DNA from: Craspedostauros australis
Lineage: Eukaryota
NCBI GenBank assembly: GCA_030167865.1
Contig: JALAGF010006548.1
Location: 1 to 38,122 of the forward strand
DNA length: 38,122 bases
Direction: 5' to 3'
Under the pieces are notes generated by a model. It saw only the letters and a list, made by a program, of their open reading frames with translations, was not told the DNA's origin and did not search any database. Below are positions 12,101 through 22,079 of the stretch, piece after piece. A program made the translations under genes and the position numbers. Each line of letters opens with the position of its first letter. The stretch's first letter is position 1.

Positions 12101-12190
12101 AAACAAACAAGGAAGTAAGCAAACAAGGAAGTAAGCAAGCAAACAAATAGACGAAGCAACAACCGAAGTAACAACCGAAGTAACGACCAA
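12101..12190. repeat. Short tandem repeats (AAACAAGGAAGTAAGC x2; AACAACCGAAGT x2-3) in an A/C-rich putative 5' leader
   Basis: Directly visible at 12101-12190, upstream of the gene at 12923. Confidence 0.75.
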
Positions 12191-12460
12191 ACCGAGGGAG
12201 CGCAACAAACATTCAAAAGCGAATACGAATACCACTGGTTTCCAGTTGTCGGAGTCCACGCTCACACGTGTCCGTACCATAGCTCATTCTCGACACACAC
12301 ACGCTCGCCCAAACACTTCGCAGACATCCAGACATTCAGGCATCCACACTATTGGAACCACATCCGACGACGCCAGAACACGAGCAGCAGACTTCGCCGG
12401 AAACATCGAGACAATCAGTTGCTTGCATCACAGGTCGCACCAACAAACACACGAACACAG

Positions 12461-12464
<4 letters not shown>

Positions 12465-12496
<32 letters not shown>
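12465..12496. repeat. (AG)16 microsatellite
   Basis: Perfect dinucleotide run. It is followed directly by GTGAAG, a possible 5'UTR intron donor. Confidence 0.95.
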
Positions 12497-12498
<2 letters not shown>

Positions 12499-12922
12499 GA
12501 AGACACCATCTCCACTCTACGAGATTTCGCGCTACTTCGTTTCTTCACAACATTGCAGCATCGCAGTATTGGTACAATCATCGGCTATTTGCCTTGCCTT
12601 TGCTCCTGTCCCTGCCACTCTGCAACTCTGCCATAATCAACGTCTTCGCCTCCGTCTCTTCCTTGTGTCGTTGTTGTTGCAATTGCAGACACTCCAGCCA
12701 AGGCATAACGCCCATAATCAGAGATAGCGCCAACTGTGATCGCAAGTGAGATTTCTTGGTCGACGGAACGCGGATTCACGCAGCACCCCATCGGACATTG
12801 ATCATCGGACATCGACCATCGGACGTTGGACGTTGACCATCGGAGGCTTATCACCGGCATCACTCACAAATCCAGACTCTGACCTGCACCGCATTGGCGA
12901 AAGAGCAGAGAACTGACCAAAG

Positions 12923-15526
12923 ATGAACCCGTCAACATCCCCTTACTTCCTATCGTCGCGCAAACGACAGGCGCCTGCACCATCGCCAACATCGTCGGCG
13001 TCGAAGCTCCGGACCGACGTGGCCTCGTCCAACGATGGAGGCGCGCCCTTCGGTTCGAAGCAGGGCAACATCAAGGCCTCGAACGGCATTCCCACTTCCA
13101 TCTCAACGCGCAACACGCTCTCCGCTGCGTCTGGAGCTGGCTCGGACGTCTCCGCGTTTGCGTCACACGACACCATCGGCAAGCTCAGCGCGAACATCGA
13201 GCGCAGCTACAGCCTCGACAGCCACAGCGAGACCTACGATGGCAGCCACAGCGGCCACAGCCGCGTCCGAAACATGCTTCGCGGCATCGAGCTTCGCGGC
13301 AGTGCAAATAGCGACGCACGTTTCGGTTTGATGGCCGGGAACCGTGCGGCAGCGCGCAGCATGATGACATCGACGTCAGCATCGGCGGTACCCATGGCAG
13401 CGCTATCGTCCATGGCATCGCCACCGATGCCCAACACAACATGCAGCTCCATGTTCCTCCCACCACCGCCGCCGTCGTCGCCCCTGTCCGCATCATCGCC
13501 TGCCTTTCACCGAATGCATCCAACGAGATCGTCGGCAGGCGTGTACCACGATAGCGGCTCTGACGATGGCAGGTCCGATCAAAGCTCCTGCTTCTCCAGC
13601 CTCCACCCGTTGAGCAGCGTTTCGAGGTTGGAAGACGTCACCTTCTCGTCCAGCAAGAAGAACTTCAGTTCCATGGTCGAGGCTGACGGAGAGAACCTGC
13701 TGGTGGGCGACCTCAAGCAGCTGTCGTTGGAGGAGAGGAACGAGGCATTGGATGATATTCACGGTGTTGCCAAGCAGCCGACGGAGCCCGAGGATCCAGA
13801 GTTCCTCAGATCCAAACTGGACCAGCTGGCGGAAAAGATGGGCAACATCCGAGACAAACGAGCCTACGAGAGAGCGGTCTTCCTCTTCCCGCGCTACATG
13901 AAGGATGACAACCTCAAGCTCACCTTCCTGCGTCCCTACAACTACGATGTCACGGCCGCGGCCAAGCAGATGGTGGAGTACTTCCAGTGCAAGCTAGAGC
14001 TCTTCGGTCCGTCCAAGCTGGGGAAGGAGCTCACCTTGGACGATCTCTCACCCGAAGACTTGAGGGCATACAATCGTGGCATCGTCCAATTCTTCACGCG
14101 CGATGTGCGAGACAGATCGGGGCGCACCATCTTTTACTACATGTTCAATCTGCAGCCGGAAGATTCAGGCATTCACGAGGTACGTTGCGCACAAATCATC
14201 GCAGTTCCTGCAATTCCTGCAATTCAGAAAACAGGTGTTCGCACAAGCTTTGGGTCCCAGATGGTGTGCACGCACGATAGGATTCATTCGCATGGTTGGT
14301 TGCGACGTCTTGGCGCGTATTTCTTGACTTTCCTCCGTGACTTGGTGTTTCCATTGTGGCATTGCCTCGCTTTCTACATCCCTTTCTTGCCACTTCGCCA
14401 AATCAGTCGTATCTGTGATTTTCATTACCTCGCGACAACTGCCTCGGGTATGTCTCACCTTATTCTATTTCTCACCTCACCTTCCTTCGCGCTTCTGACA
14501 TGTGCTCTGTACACATCCTGCCGGCGCTCACCACACGCTTCAATTCTACCAATACGACCTCATATGTCGATTGTCGGTTCTTGGTTCTCTCGTGACGATT
14601 ATTTGGCGACAATACCACATACCGTTACCCTCACCACACTCTGTTGCGTTTCATCATTTGCAACACATGTCACTTACTCGTACATACATCCACAGCTGCG
14701 GGCCATCTTCTATGCCATCTCATCGGGCTGGCGCAGCCTGACGGTGTCTGATCAGAAGCAAGGCTCCGTTGCCGTGATCTACTTCGTCGGCGCCACCCCG
14801 CCTAGTCTGGAGTTCGTCTTCAAGGCAACGGGCGTCGCGAGATCCTTGTCCACCAAGGTGGCCGCGTGCCACATTTGTTACAATACCCCTCAGCTGCGAC
14901 CGGCCGTCTCGTTACTCACGGCGTCCCTCGCTCAGGCGGCGCGGGTGCGATGTCGGTCGCACTTCGGCTCGCACCTGGAATGCATGTACGCGCTGCGTGG
15001 CTACGGCATCGACGATTCCGTCTTTCCGCTGGATCCCAACAACGAGCTGGACCAGGAGAAATTCCAAGCGTTGGCGCACAAGCAGCGCATGTTCGAGCAT
15101 GAGATGCAGCAACAGATAGAGGCGAACATCACGTCGCCGACGTTGCGGGGATCGGCGAGATCCAGCACGAACACTCCGATCCTGATGAACGCGATCAACC
15201 CTCCGATGCAGGACGCCGTGGTCCCCACGGATAATGATGTGCTGCTGGGACGGGGCAGGCCCTTCCAGGTGCACCCGGGCAATCTGTACCTCGCGTCGCT
15301 GATCGAGAGACATCGAGAAGCGCATAGCAAGGTGAGCAAGACGGAGAAGACCCAGATCACTCGCCAGATGGTGAAGATCATTCAGCAAGAGCGCAAGGGC
15401 CGCTTCCTCAAGCTCTCGGATGATGGGCTGGATTGGCAGCTGGTGACGGATGATGCGGCGCGATCCAAGGTCAGCCATGGCTTCCGAACGAAACCCAGGA
15501 AGAGCATGAGGGAGCCGTTGTTGTGA
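12923..15526 (+). CDS. CRAL-TRIO/Sec14-like domain plus C-terminal DUF6824 protein; exons 12923-14179 and 14696-15526, ~695 aa
   Basis: CRAL-TRIO-like motifs LSLEERNEALDDIHGV, LTFLRPYNYDVTAAAKQMVEYFQCKLELFG, RDRSGR, QKQGSVAVIY and RCRSHFGSHLECMYALRGYGI. DUF6824 signature DVLLGRG...HPGN...GRFLK...W...KVSHGFR. Intron GAG|GTACGT (14180) to CCACAG| (14695). Confidence 0.88.
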   Translation: MNPSTSPYFLSSRKRQAPAPSPTSSASKLRTDVASSNDGGAPFGSKQGNIKASNGIPTSISTRNTLSAASGAGSDVSAFASHDTIGKLSANIERSYSLDSHSETYDGSHSGHSRVRNMLRGIELRGSANSDARFGLMAGNRAAARSMMTSTSASAVPMAALSSMASPPMPNTTCSSMFLPPPPPSSPLSASSPAFHRMHPTRSSAGVYHDSGSDDGRSDQSSCFSSLHPLSSVSRLEDVTFSSSKKNFSSMVEADGENLLVGDLKQLSLEERNEALDDIHGVAKQPTEPEDPEFLRSKLDQLAEKMGNIRDKRAYERAVFLFPRYMKDDNLKLTFLRPYNYDVTAAAKQMVEYFQCKLELFGPSKLGKELTLDDLSPEDLRAYNRGIVQFFTRDVRDRSGRTIFYYMFNLQPEDSGIHEVRCAQIIAVPAIPAIQKTGVRTSFGSQMVCTHDRIHSHGWLRRLGAYFLTFLRDLVFPLWHCLAFYIPFLPLRQISRICDFHYLATTASGMSHLILFLTSPSFALLTCALYTSCRRSPHASILPIRPHMSIVGSWFSRDDYLATIPHTVTLTTLCCVSSFATHVTYSYIHPQLRAIFYAISSGWRSLTVSDQKQGSVAVIYFVGATPPSLEFVFKATGVARSLSTKVAACHICYNTPQLRPAVSLLTASLAQAARVRCRSHFGSHLECMYALRGYGIDDSVFPLDPNNELDQEKFQALAHKQRMFEHEMQQQIEANITSPTLRGSARSSTNTPILMNAINPPMQDAVVPTDNDVLLGRGRPFQVHPGNLYLASLIERHREAHSKVSKTEKTQITRQMVKIIQQERKGRFLKLSDDGLDWQLVTDDAARSKVSHGFRTKPRKSMREPLL
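14180..14695 (+). other. 516-nt GT-AG intron, length divisible by 3, no in-frame stop
   Basis: Canonical donor GTACGT, pyrimidine-rich body and acceptor CACAG. Removing it joins GIHE|LRAIFY and restores the family motif spacing. The ORF track reads straight through it. Confidence 0.85.
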
Positions 15527-15984
15527 GATTCTGTCTAAGCCTCTAGTTGGAGATTTGAGAAGAGGTTACAACTTTTGCAAAATGCCAGAAGAGTACGAGT
15601 ATGAGTTATTGCAGAGTAGCTGTGACTGTCACGCGGAGGGCCAAGACGTGGAAGAGTAAATTGATCGGTATTCTATGGTTGCAATAGTAGAGTACCGTAC
15701 TCTGCAAGCACGCAGAGCAGGGAGGAAGATTGCTGCCTATTATCGGTCATGTCCATCGGCCAGGTTTGATCGCTTGGCTGTCTGCGGCGCCTTTGGTGGA
15801 TACGAGCACACACGTTTATTCGCATGATGGGCCTGGATTCGGATCTCGCACGCAAGCAGAGAACCATTCACCATTCGAACTGTCCATGGTAGAGAGAATG
15901 CAAAGCGCAGAGAACGGAGCAAGAACAGAGAAGAGGACTCGAGAGTAATCTGCCATACTCTACTATTGCTCGTGTATAGAGTAA

Positions 15985-17545
15985 TCATTTGCTCCCGTAC
16001 GCCTTTATCTGTGACAGCGCCGATGGTGCCCATGGCTGGGTCTGCGTGTGGGGCGGGTAGATGAGATAATCTTCGCCATCCTCGTGGTGCAATTGGAAGC
16101 CGATGGACATCATGAGCTCGACCGCTCCTTCCATCTGCACCAGCGCCGCGTTGATCTTTGTATTTGATAACCGCACGCGCCTAAATTTGGCCGCCTTCTC
16201 CGGATCATTCTCGTCCTGTCCCTTCGTCGTTGCGTTCGTCACGAGTTTCTGGATGATGTCCAAGGACGAGTTGACGGCACCTGCTTCATTCGTCGACACA
16301 AGAGTTGAGAAGGCGTCCTGGAATTCCAACGGGAGCTCCTCCATCAATAGTGCTGAGGATTCGGCATGAGGTTGGGTGGGATCGGCGGGAGATGCTACGG
16401 TTGGCAATGGCGCCATGCCACCGCCGCCCGACGAGGATGCAGTGCCGGGCGCGTCAGCCTGTATGGTTCCATGCTGCGTGGCCGTCGTGGCTGTTCTGGC
16501 CTGCCCCGCTGTCGCCTTGGCCGTTTCATAGGGATTGTACCCCAGCTCCGCGGCTAGCTTGGCTTCCTGCGCCTTGGCTGCCGCCCGCGCCTTCTGTGCT
16601 TCGGCCGACTCCGGCTGGGCCTTCATCTGCTCCAACCGCTCCGCTTCGATCCGCTTTTGCTCTTCATTCTTGTACTTGACGCCGACGCCAAGGCCGCTGC
16701 GTGCCACCGGCTTCTGCTTTGCCTTGTGTGCCTTCTCGCGGGCCTCGGCGGCCGCAATCATGGCCTGCTTGCGATGATGCGTCTCGGCGGATGCCTTCTT
16801 GTTGGCTGTGGAGGGACGCACGGCACCAGCAGCCGCAGCATTGCCAACTCGCTTGATCCTGCGAATGTCAAACTGCAGCGGCCGTTGGTCGCTGGATGCC
16901 AATTCAAGCACCATGTCGTACATGATCTCGTCCTGACCGTTGGACCCTGCGAAGCACATGATGTCGCCTCTCTGCAACCCAGCTCTCTCTGCTTGAGAAT
17001 CCTTCACCACCAAGGCGATGATCGCGGTTCCCTCGGAATTTGGTCGCTTCTCGATCTGTCGCATGGATTACAAAATGCGTATTGAAGAAAAAGTGCAAGC
17101 GCGAGTTGAGCATCGATTGAGTTGAAGTATTTGTATTACAATGGGAGGTTTGCCAAACGAGTGAGAGTGGTGATGAATGATAACATAACATAATACAATA
17201 CTAAACTATTTGTACTCTCCAATATTCTGCATGTAATTGCGCAACGGATAGCAAATGATATCAGCCGATAGCAGCAGATCGTCAATGAATACAAGAGACA
17301 GCAACAAACAACCCCTTCCCGCCCCTCACCTTTATTCCAAGCGGACCAGGCTCCGAGAGGGACACCGAGATGACGGTCCCCGGTTTGGATCCACCCAGCG
17401 ACTGCCCGGCGCCTTGGAAGTTGCGCTGCCCAGCACCGATCTTGGACAGCTGGTTCTTCAGCTGGTTGAGCGGGTTCTTGCCATCGTTGCCGCCCTTCTT
17501 CTTGTCGCCGTCTTTGCCGCCAAACATGTTGTCAAGGAACCCCAT
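15985..17545 (-). CDS. p97/Cdc48 cofactor-like protein with SHP box, PDZ, VIM-like helix and PUB domain; exons 17545-17330 and 17055-15985, ~428 aa
   Basis: Intron AAG|GTGAGG (17329) to GACAG|ATC (17056) completes the PDZ loop PGPLGIK|IEKR...SQAERAGLQRGDIM. PUB motif KFRRVRLSNTKI...GAVELMMSIGF. SHP-like FQGAGQSLGG. Confidence 0.88.
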
Positions 17546-18307
17546 GGTCGTCGTTCACTTCGTTGCGTCTCTGTACGTATGTGCAGCTGCCTCTTTGTTT
17601 GTATTGGTGTTGGTGTTGGTGTTGGTGTTGGTATTGTGTCCTTGATCTTCGTTTGTGGACGTTTGAAATCGGCACGACCAAACATGACGCAATCACTGAG
17701 ATCAACGCGTCTTTGTTCGATCTTTCTCCGCCGAGTTCTTTCCTCCGTTTTCTGTCTTGAATCTCTTGTTCTCATGTTGCAGTGGGTCGATTGAGTCGTA
17801 CGAGTAGGCAAAATCGCCTACATGAAGTTCGTAGCTGTGGCTCTCTCCAGAGAGAGAGAGAGCAATGTAATGCAATGAAGAGGAGGAGCCCAAATCGCAT
17901 TGATTGCAAACACACAAGGAAATCAAAACTGCAAAAGACAAAGGCGGCAAGAAGAGAAGGGCACAGCTCCGTCGCAGTTGGGCACACGCTATTGATTCGG
18001 TTTGAAAACGCTCTTCTTTGTCTTGTTCGCTGTGACTATCATATGCTCTGTAGAGACTCCTTCCCACGTGCTTCTGAAGCAATAAGCGTCCAAAACAGAG
18101 ACTCTGAGTTCCAGTGTACTCGTATGGTAGTGCACTATATGTTCGTGTTGTTGCTGCTATGAGTACCCGATGAGTAAGTGCGCCATCTTCGTTTTCCCAC
18201 CAAACTTCATCCTGCCGCAAACGCTGACGCTTTTATTGCTGCTGTCGCCGCTACTGTTGCTGTTGGTATCATTGAAGTAGATTTTCCATTCCTGAGCATT
18301 GATCCAT

Positions 18308-19296
18308 TTACATGCGGAACTTTCCCCAGATGTGGAGCAGCACGACGATTCCGACGAAACTCAGGGAAGCGACGAGGACAGTGTTTGGGCCAACCTGGAG
18401 ACCTGGGGAATCGTCTGTGTAGAATTGCAGGATGTTGTTTCCGGCACCGGCTGGGCGGCCACCACCGCCACCACCAGCTGCGGCGGCTCTCTGTGCTTGA
18501 CGTCTTTGGGTTGCCTGTTGGGGGTCATGGAGGTTGTATCAGTGCGGAAGTCCAGCGCAGAAGTCCAGTGCAGAAGTTTACGGGAGAGAGAAACCCAAAG
18601 CCGAGCATACCAAAGATCATGGCGATTCCATTCCATTCGATCCAAGTCGAAGCCCAAGGAGAGATGACCCATCCCAGAGAATGAAATCGTTTTGGGTTTT
18701 GCGCAGTGTGACATCGTATCGAGCAAATTGGATCGACGTACCCCGTGGCGCGTGTCGGAGTTGATTGCGAACGAGGGATCAGAAGGTTGATTGAAGCGGA
18801 AGAGTATGAAGAAGAGTGAGATACAGGCAAAGCTTTCATCGAGATGTGCGTATTCAATCGATATCTGGGGTTGTTGCGAGCACTTGGAGGCAGCGGCGGA
18901 GTGCATGTGCGCCATTGGGAGACCTCTCACAAGTTTCATCTGCGGGATTGATCAGGCTCATACGTGCTCTGTCTCCACGCTTTCAGCTTTCATGTTTCTG
19001 TCCTCCCACACACCCATCCATCAACCCATCCATCCATTTGACGGGTGGACGAGGATGCGCGTGCGTTGGATTGCCTTTCTACATCCTTATCCCTCTTCCC
19101 GTGATGCTTCATCTCATCTCACTGCAGGCAATCAAGCGGCGCAGGTCCCTCCATCCATCCATCCATCCAACCAATCATCCAACCATCCAATCATCCATCA
19201 ACTCATGACTCCCAGCGTTCCGGCAAAAAGCACCTCCAAATTGGCACGGTCTATCTATCCATGTGCTTTTCGACCGCATGCATGTGTCCTCACCAT
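18308..19296 (-). CDS. SEC61B: Protein translocon subunit Sec61 beta; ATG-only exon 19296-19294 and main exon 18514-18308 (69 aa); absent from the ORF track
   Basis: The exon after acceptor ccccaacag| translates [68 protein letters not shown]. This carries the diagnostic [16 protein letters not shown]...V..LH..GK motif. A CA-rich leader at 19300-19500 ends in cacgATG|GTGAGG. The position of the first exon is inferred. Confidence 0.92.
19148..19200. repeat. (CATC/CAAC)n tetranucleotide microsatellite in the Sec61-beta intron
   Basis: ccatccatccatccatccaaccaatcatccaaccatccaatcatccatc; a second patch lies near 19010-19036. Confidence 0.85.
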
Positions 19297-19823
19297 CGTG
19301 GATTCGTAAGTGTCTTGTGTAGTGTCGTACTGGTTTGGGTTATCCTCGTATTGGTGGTTGTGGTCGTGCTGTCGGTGGTTGCGGGTGTTGTTGCGCTGCG
19401 GTCATCGTGTCTTCGTTCTTGGTGCTTCGTTGTTTTTCGCTGTTGCGCGCAAATTGACGGCATTGTCCGCCATTGTCGATGTGTTGTTTTGAGTCACTTG
19501 TGATCGTGATTCGGTACAGTGGACGGTCATCATGACCCAACGTCTGATGTCCGTCCGACGTCCGATGAACAGACAAGTGTCGACACAAAACTAGACCATT
19601 TCATCAGTCCAAAACTGAATACGCTCAACCAACCACCAACCAACGACATGCATGTAGAGTACCCCAAGGCTTACGACTACTCCAATGACACTATATCATC
19701 ACCATCTTATACTCTAACCTGCAAATTAATACAGAGCACTCTCTGGAGTCCTGACAACCCATTTCGAGTGCTACGATACATCGCACGCGTATGCATTGCC
19801 ATACAGCGATGCAAATCTCGCTT

Positions 19824-21365
19824 TCATGAGTCCAGCCGCAGATTGGTGGTAATGTCATCGCGGTAGTACCGCAGAAGGGGGATCAAGTCATGACGGGGAC
19901 TGAGGACGGTGTACCGTTCCAGTAGCGCATCGAGTGCCACCAGGAACTTCTGCTGCTGTCCCTTGCGGTACGATGGCACGTAACGACCTTGCGATGAACG
20001 CTTCGTGGTGCTGTTCTTGTTCATCACAACCTGCGACCAGAAACAGTTCCATTGTCGCAGATCGTCTTCCACATTCGCGGAGATGGTGAGCTTGGGCACA
20101 GTCTCGATGGCGACGTTGGCTCTCGCAAGTCGAATGCCCACGCGGCGCAGGAGCTTCGGGCCGTGGATGGGTGATACCAGGTGCTCGTACGGTATGATCA
20201 TCGAGGTGTTGTAAGGATGCCCTGTGCGTGGCACAGGCATTGTGGGCAGTTCCGCATCGCCATTCGAACCGCGCGTCCACCACTTGATGGTGTTCGCCCA
20301 TCCTTTCAACATGAACATGAAGTCTTCGTTGCGTCGTTTCTTCCAGACGCTCTCCGGCATCTGTTTGATGTGAGTCGCGGTGTCCTTCCGCGCTTCGTAC
20401 GACCAGCTCTGGTAGCTTGGAATGGCGCTCTTCGGGTTGCGAAGCAGCAGCCACACCTGCCGATCGAAGTAGTTGTCCACATACGACAGGGGCTTCTCGC
20501 ACGTCTTCTTGCATCCCACCTTGAGGCGCAGGTCGGAGGGACATGAAGCATCCTGCAGGAACGGGCAGTGCGTCTTGCACGTTGCGGGATAGAGGCTGCA
20601 TCTGTGCGCTCCGCTGTCATAGATATCGCCGGCGGGCAAGCCTGTCATGGAGGTGATGATTTTGCGAAACAGCTCGCTGCCAGATCCTGGGAATCCTGGA
20701 ACCCAGATGGCTTTGTGGTCGTCGGTGCCATTCCTCGGTGCTGCCACCCCGATCTTGAAGTTCTCACACTGCTGCAGAACGTCTTGCTTGGCTTGATGCA
20801 CCGTGGAGGGCGGGTCAACGATGAATTGGGCACCGATATCATCATTATCCCCATTCCCATTGCCATCTGAGGCAGCAAGATCGATCAACACATTCGCCAT
20901 CGGCTTGATTATGTGGCCGCCGTTGGCGCCGTTCAATCCAAATGCCTGCGTGCTCTCGCTGGGAGAATGAAGGCCGGCACCGTTCCATCTCCAAATACTG
21001 ACGAACGCTGCGAAGATGAGCAGCTGTATGCAACGAGCGAACTTGCTGGTCGGTCTGTTCTTCGTCCTTTTCGAATTATCCTGGGTGGCGGAACCATCTC
21101 TACTCGTGCCAGTAGAGTGCTCGGAATTGGCTCTCTTGCTCATCTGCATCGCTGTTGTGCTGCCGATCGTGTTCGATGCAGACATCGACGGTGAGAGCTG
21201 CTGCGTTATTCCAGCCGTTAAGCCGCCCGTACCGAATGTGGACTGTGCATGCAACGGCATCTGCGACGGAGAAGGGTCTTCCGTCATCGGTGATGGCTGC
21301 GCCGTGCTTCCTGCCGCATTTCCATCTCGCTTGGCTGCGCCTCTCCTCGAAGTCAGTCGGAACAT
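19824..21365 (-). CDS. Type II membrane (Golgi-type) PAPS-dependent sulfotransferase, WSCD-like subfamily, 513 aa
   Basis: Single TM segment (IQLLIFAAFVSIW). 5'-PSB-like loop WVPGFPGSGSELFRKIITSMTG, 3'-PB motif WLLLRNPKSAIPSY, and IIPYEHLV (YE.L) motif. Confidence 0.85.
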   Translation of the reverse strand: MFRLTSRRGAAKRDGNAAGSTAQPSPMTEDPSPSQMPLHAQSTFGTGGLTAGITQQLSPSMSASNTIGSTTAMQMSKRANSEHSTGTSRDGSATQDNSKRTKNRPTSKFARCIQLLIFAAFVSIWRWNGAGLHSPSESTQAFGLNGANGGHIIKPMANVLIDLAASDGNGNGDNDDIGAQFIVDPPSTVHQAKQDVLQQCENFKIGVAAPRNGTDDHKAIWVPGFPGSGSELFRKIITSMTGLPAGDIYDSGAHRCSLYPATCKTHCPFLQDASCPSDLRLKVGCKKTCEKPLSYVDNYFDRQVWLLLRNPKSAIPSYQSWSYEARKDTATHIKQMPESVWKKRRNEDFMFMLKGWANTIKWWTRGSNGDAELPTMPVPRTGHPYNTSMIIPYEHLVSPIHGPKLLRRVGIRLARANVAIETVPKLTISANVEDDLRQWNCFWSQVVMNKNSTTKRSSQGRYVPSYRKGQQQKFLVALDALLERYTVLSPRHDLIPLLRYYRDDITTNLRLDS

Positions 21366-21627
21366 GCTTCTCGCTTGTTTCTGTATTGTCTCCGTTTCAA
21401 CATGTGCTGTTATTCCTGCTGCACTCTCTTGACACAGAGCACTTGTTCAACTGTACGAGCTAACCAAATGGCCTCACTCGTGCTCATCACCAACGTGTCT
21501 CCTTGGTGTGGTGTATTGTCTCATGTCGCGTTTGGGGTCTCGAAGTTGTGCAAAAGAGGTCGCGACTGTATCGGTGCGAGTGGTTGCCCAAACGTGTGTT
21601 GCCTGGTGGTGTGTGTTGGTTGTGATC

Positions 21628-21639
21628 TTTGGCGCCAAA
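21628..21639. promoter_or_regulatory. Perfect palindrome TTTGGCGCCAAA (E2F-type site) in a divergent intergenic region
   Basis: Matches the E2F consensus TTTSSCGC on both strands. It sits between the starts of the sulfotransferase (-) and GHR (+) genes. Confidence 0.35.
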
Positions 21640-22079
21640 AAGTCATTCATTGTGGCGCTAATTCAGTGCTGGATCCGTCCTGTTGGGGTATCTTCGGATC
21701 TTCGGCAAGAAAGAATGCAATCAACGAACACGCACAGATTCACACCTCTCTGTGACAGCAACAGCGGCAGTAGCATCTTCACGATGGGCATCACGAACGG
21801 TGTCAACAGCCAAGACAGATCAGATCGCAGCTCGTGCGACCTACCATACCAACTGAAAGCAATCAACGAACTGAGAGAGCGATCGAGACGGCGCAACAGC
21901 GATCACACAATTCAGGCTCGCAACTGCACCAACTCAGCTGCGCCAGTTTCATTCAGCCTTCTTTGATCAACCACTCGCGCCCCACACTCTATCGAAGCCC
22001 CAGCCAGCTATTCCATCCACCAACCAAACAACCAAGAATGCATCCATCCGCACGCGCACATGCGCGCTTCACGCTGCGA

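Noticed and set aside
18299..18939. ORFs 18361..18939 (-), 18299..18667 (+) and 18178..18684 (+)
   Set aside because: Explained as intron, alternate-frame and antisense readings of the Sec61-beta gene.
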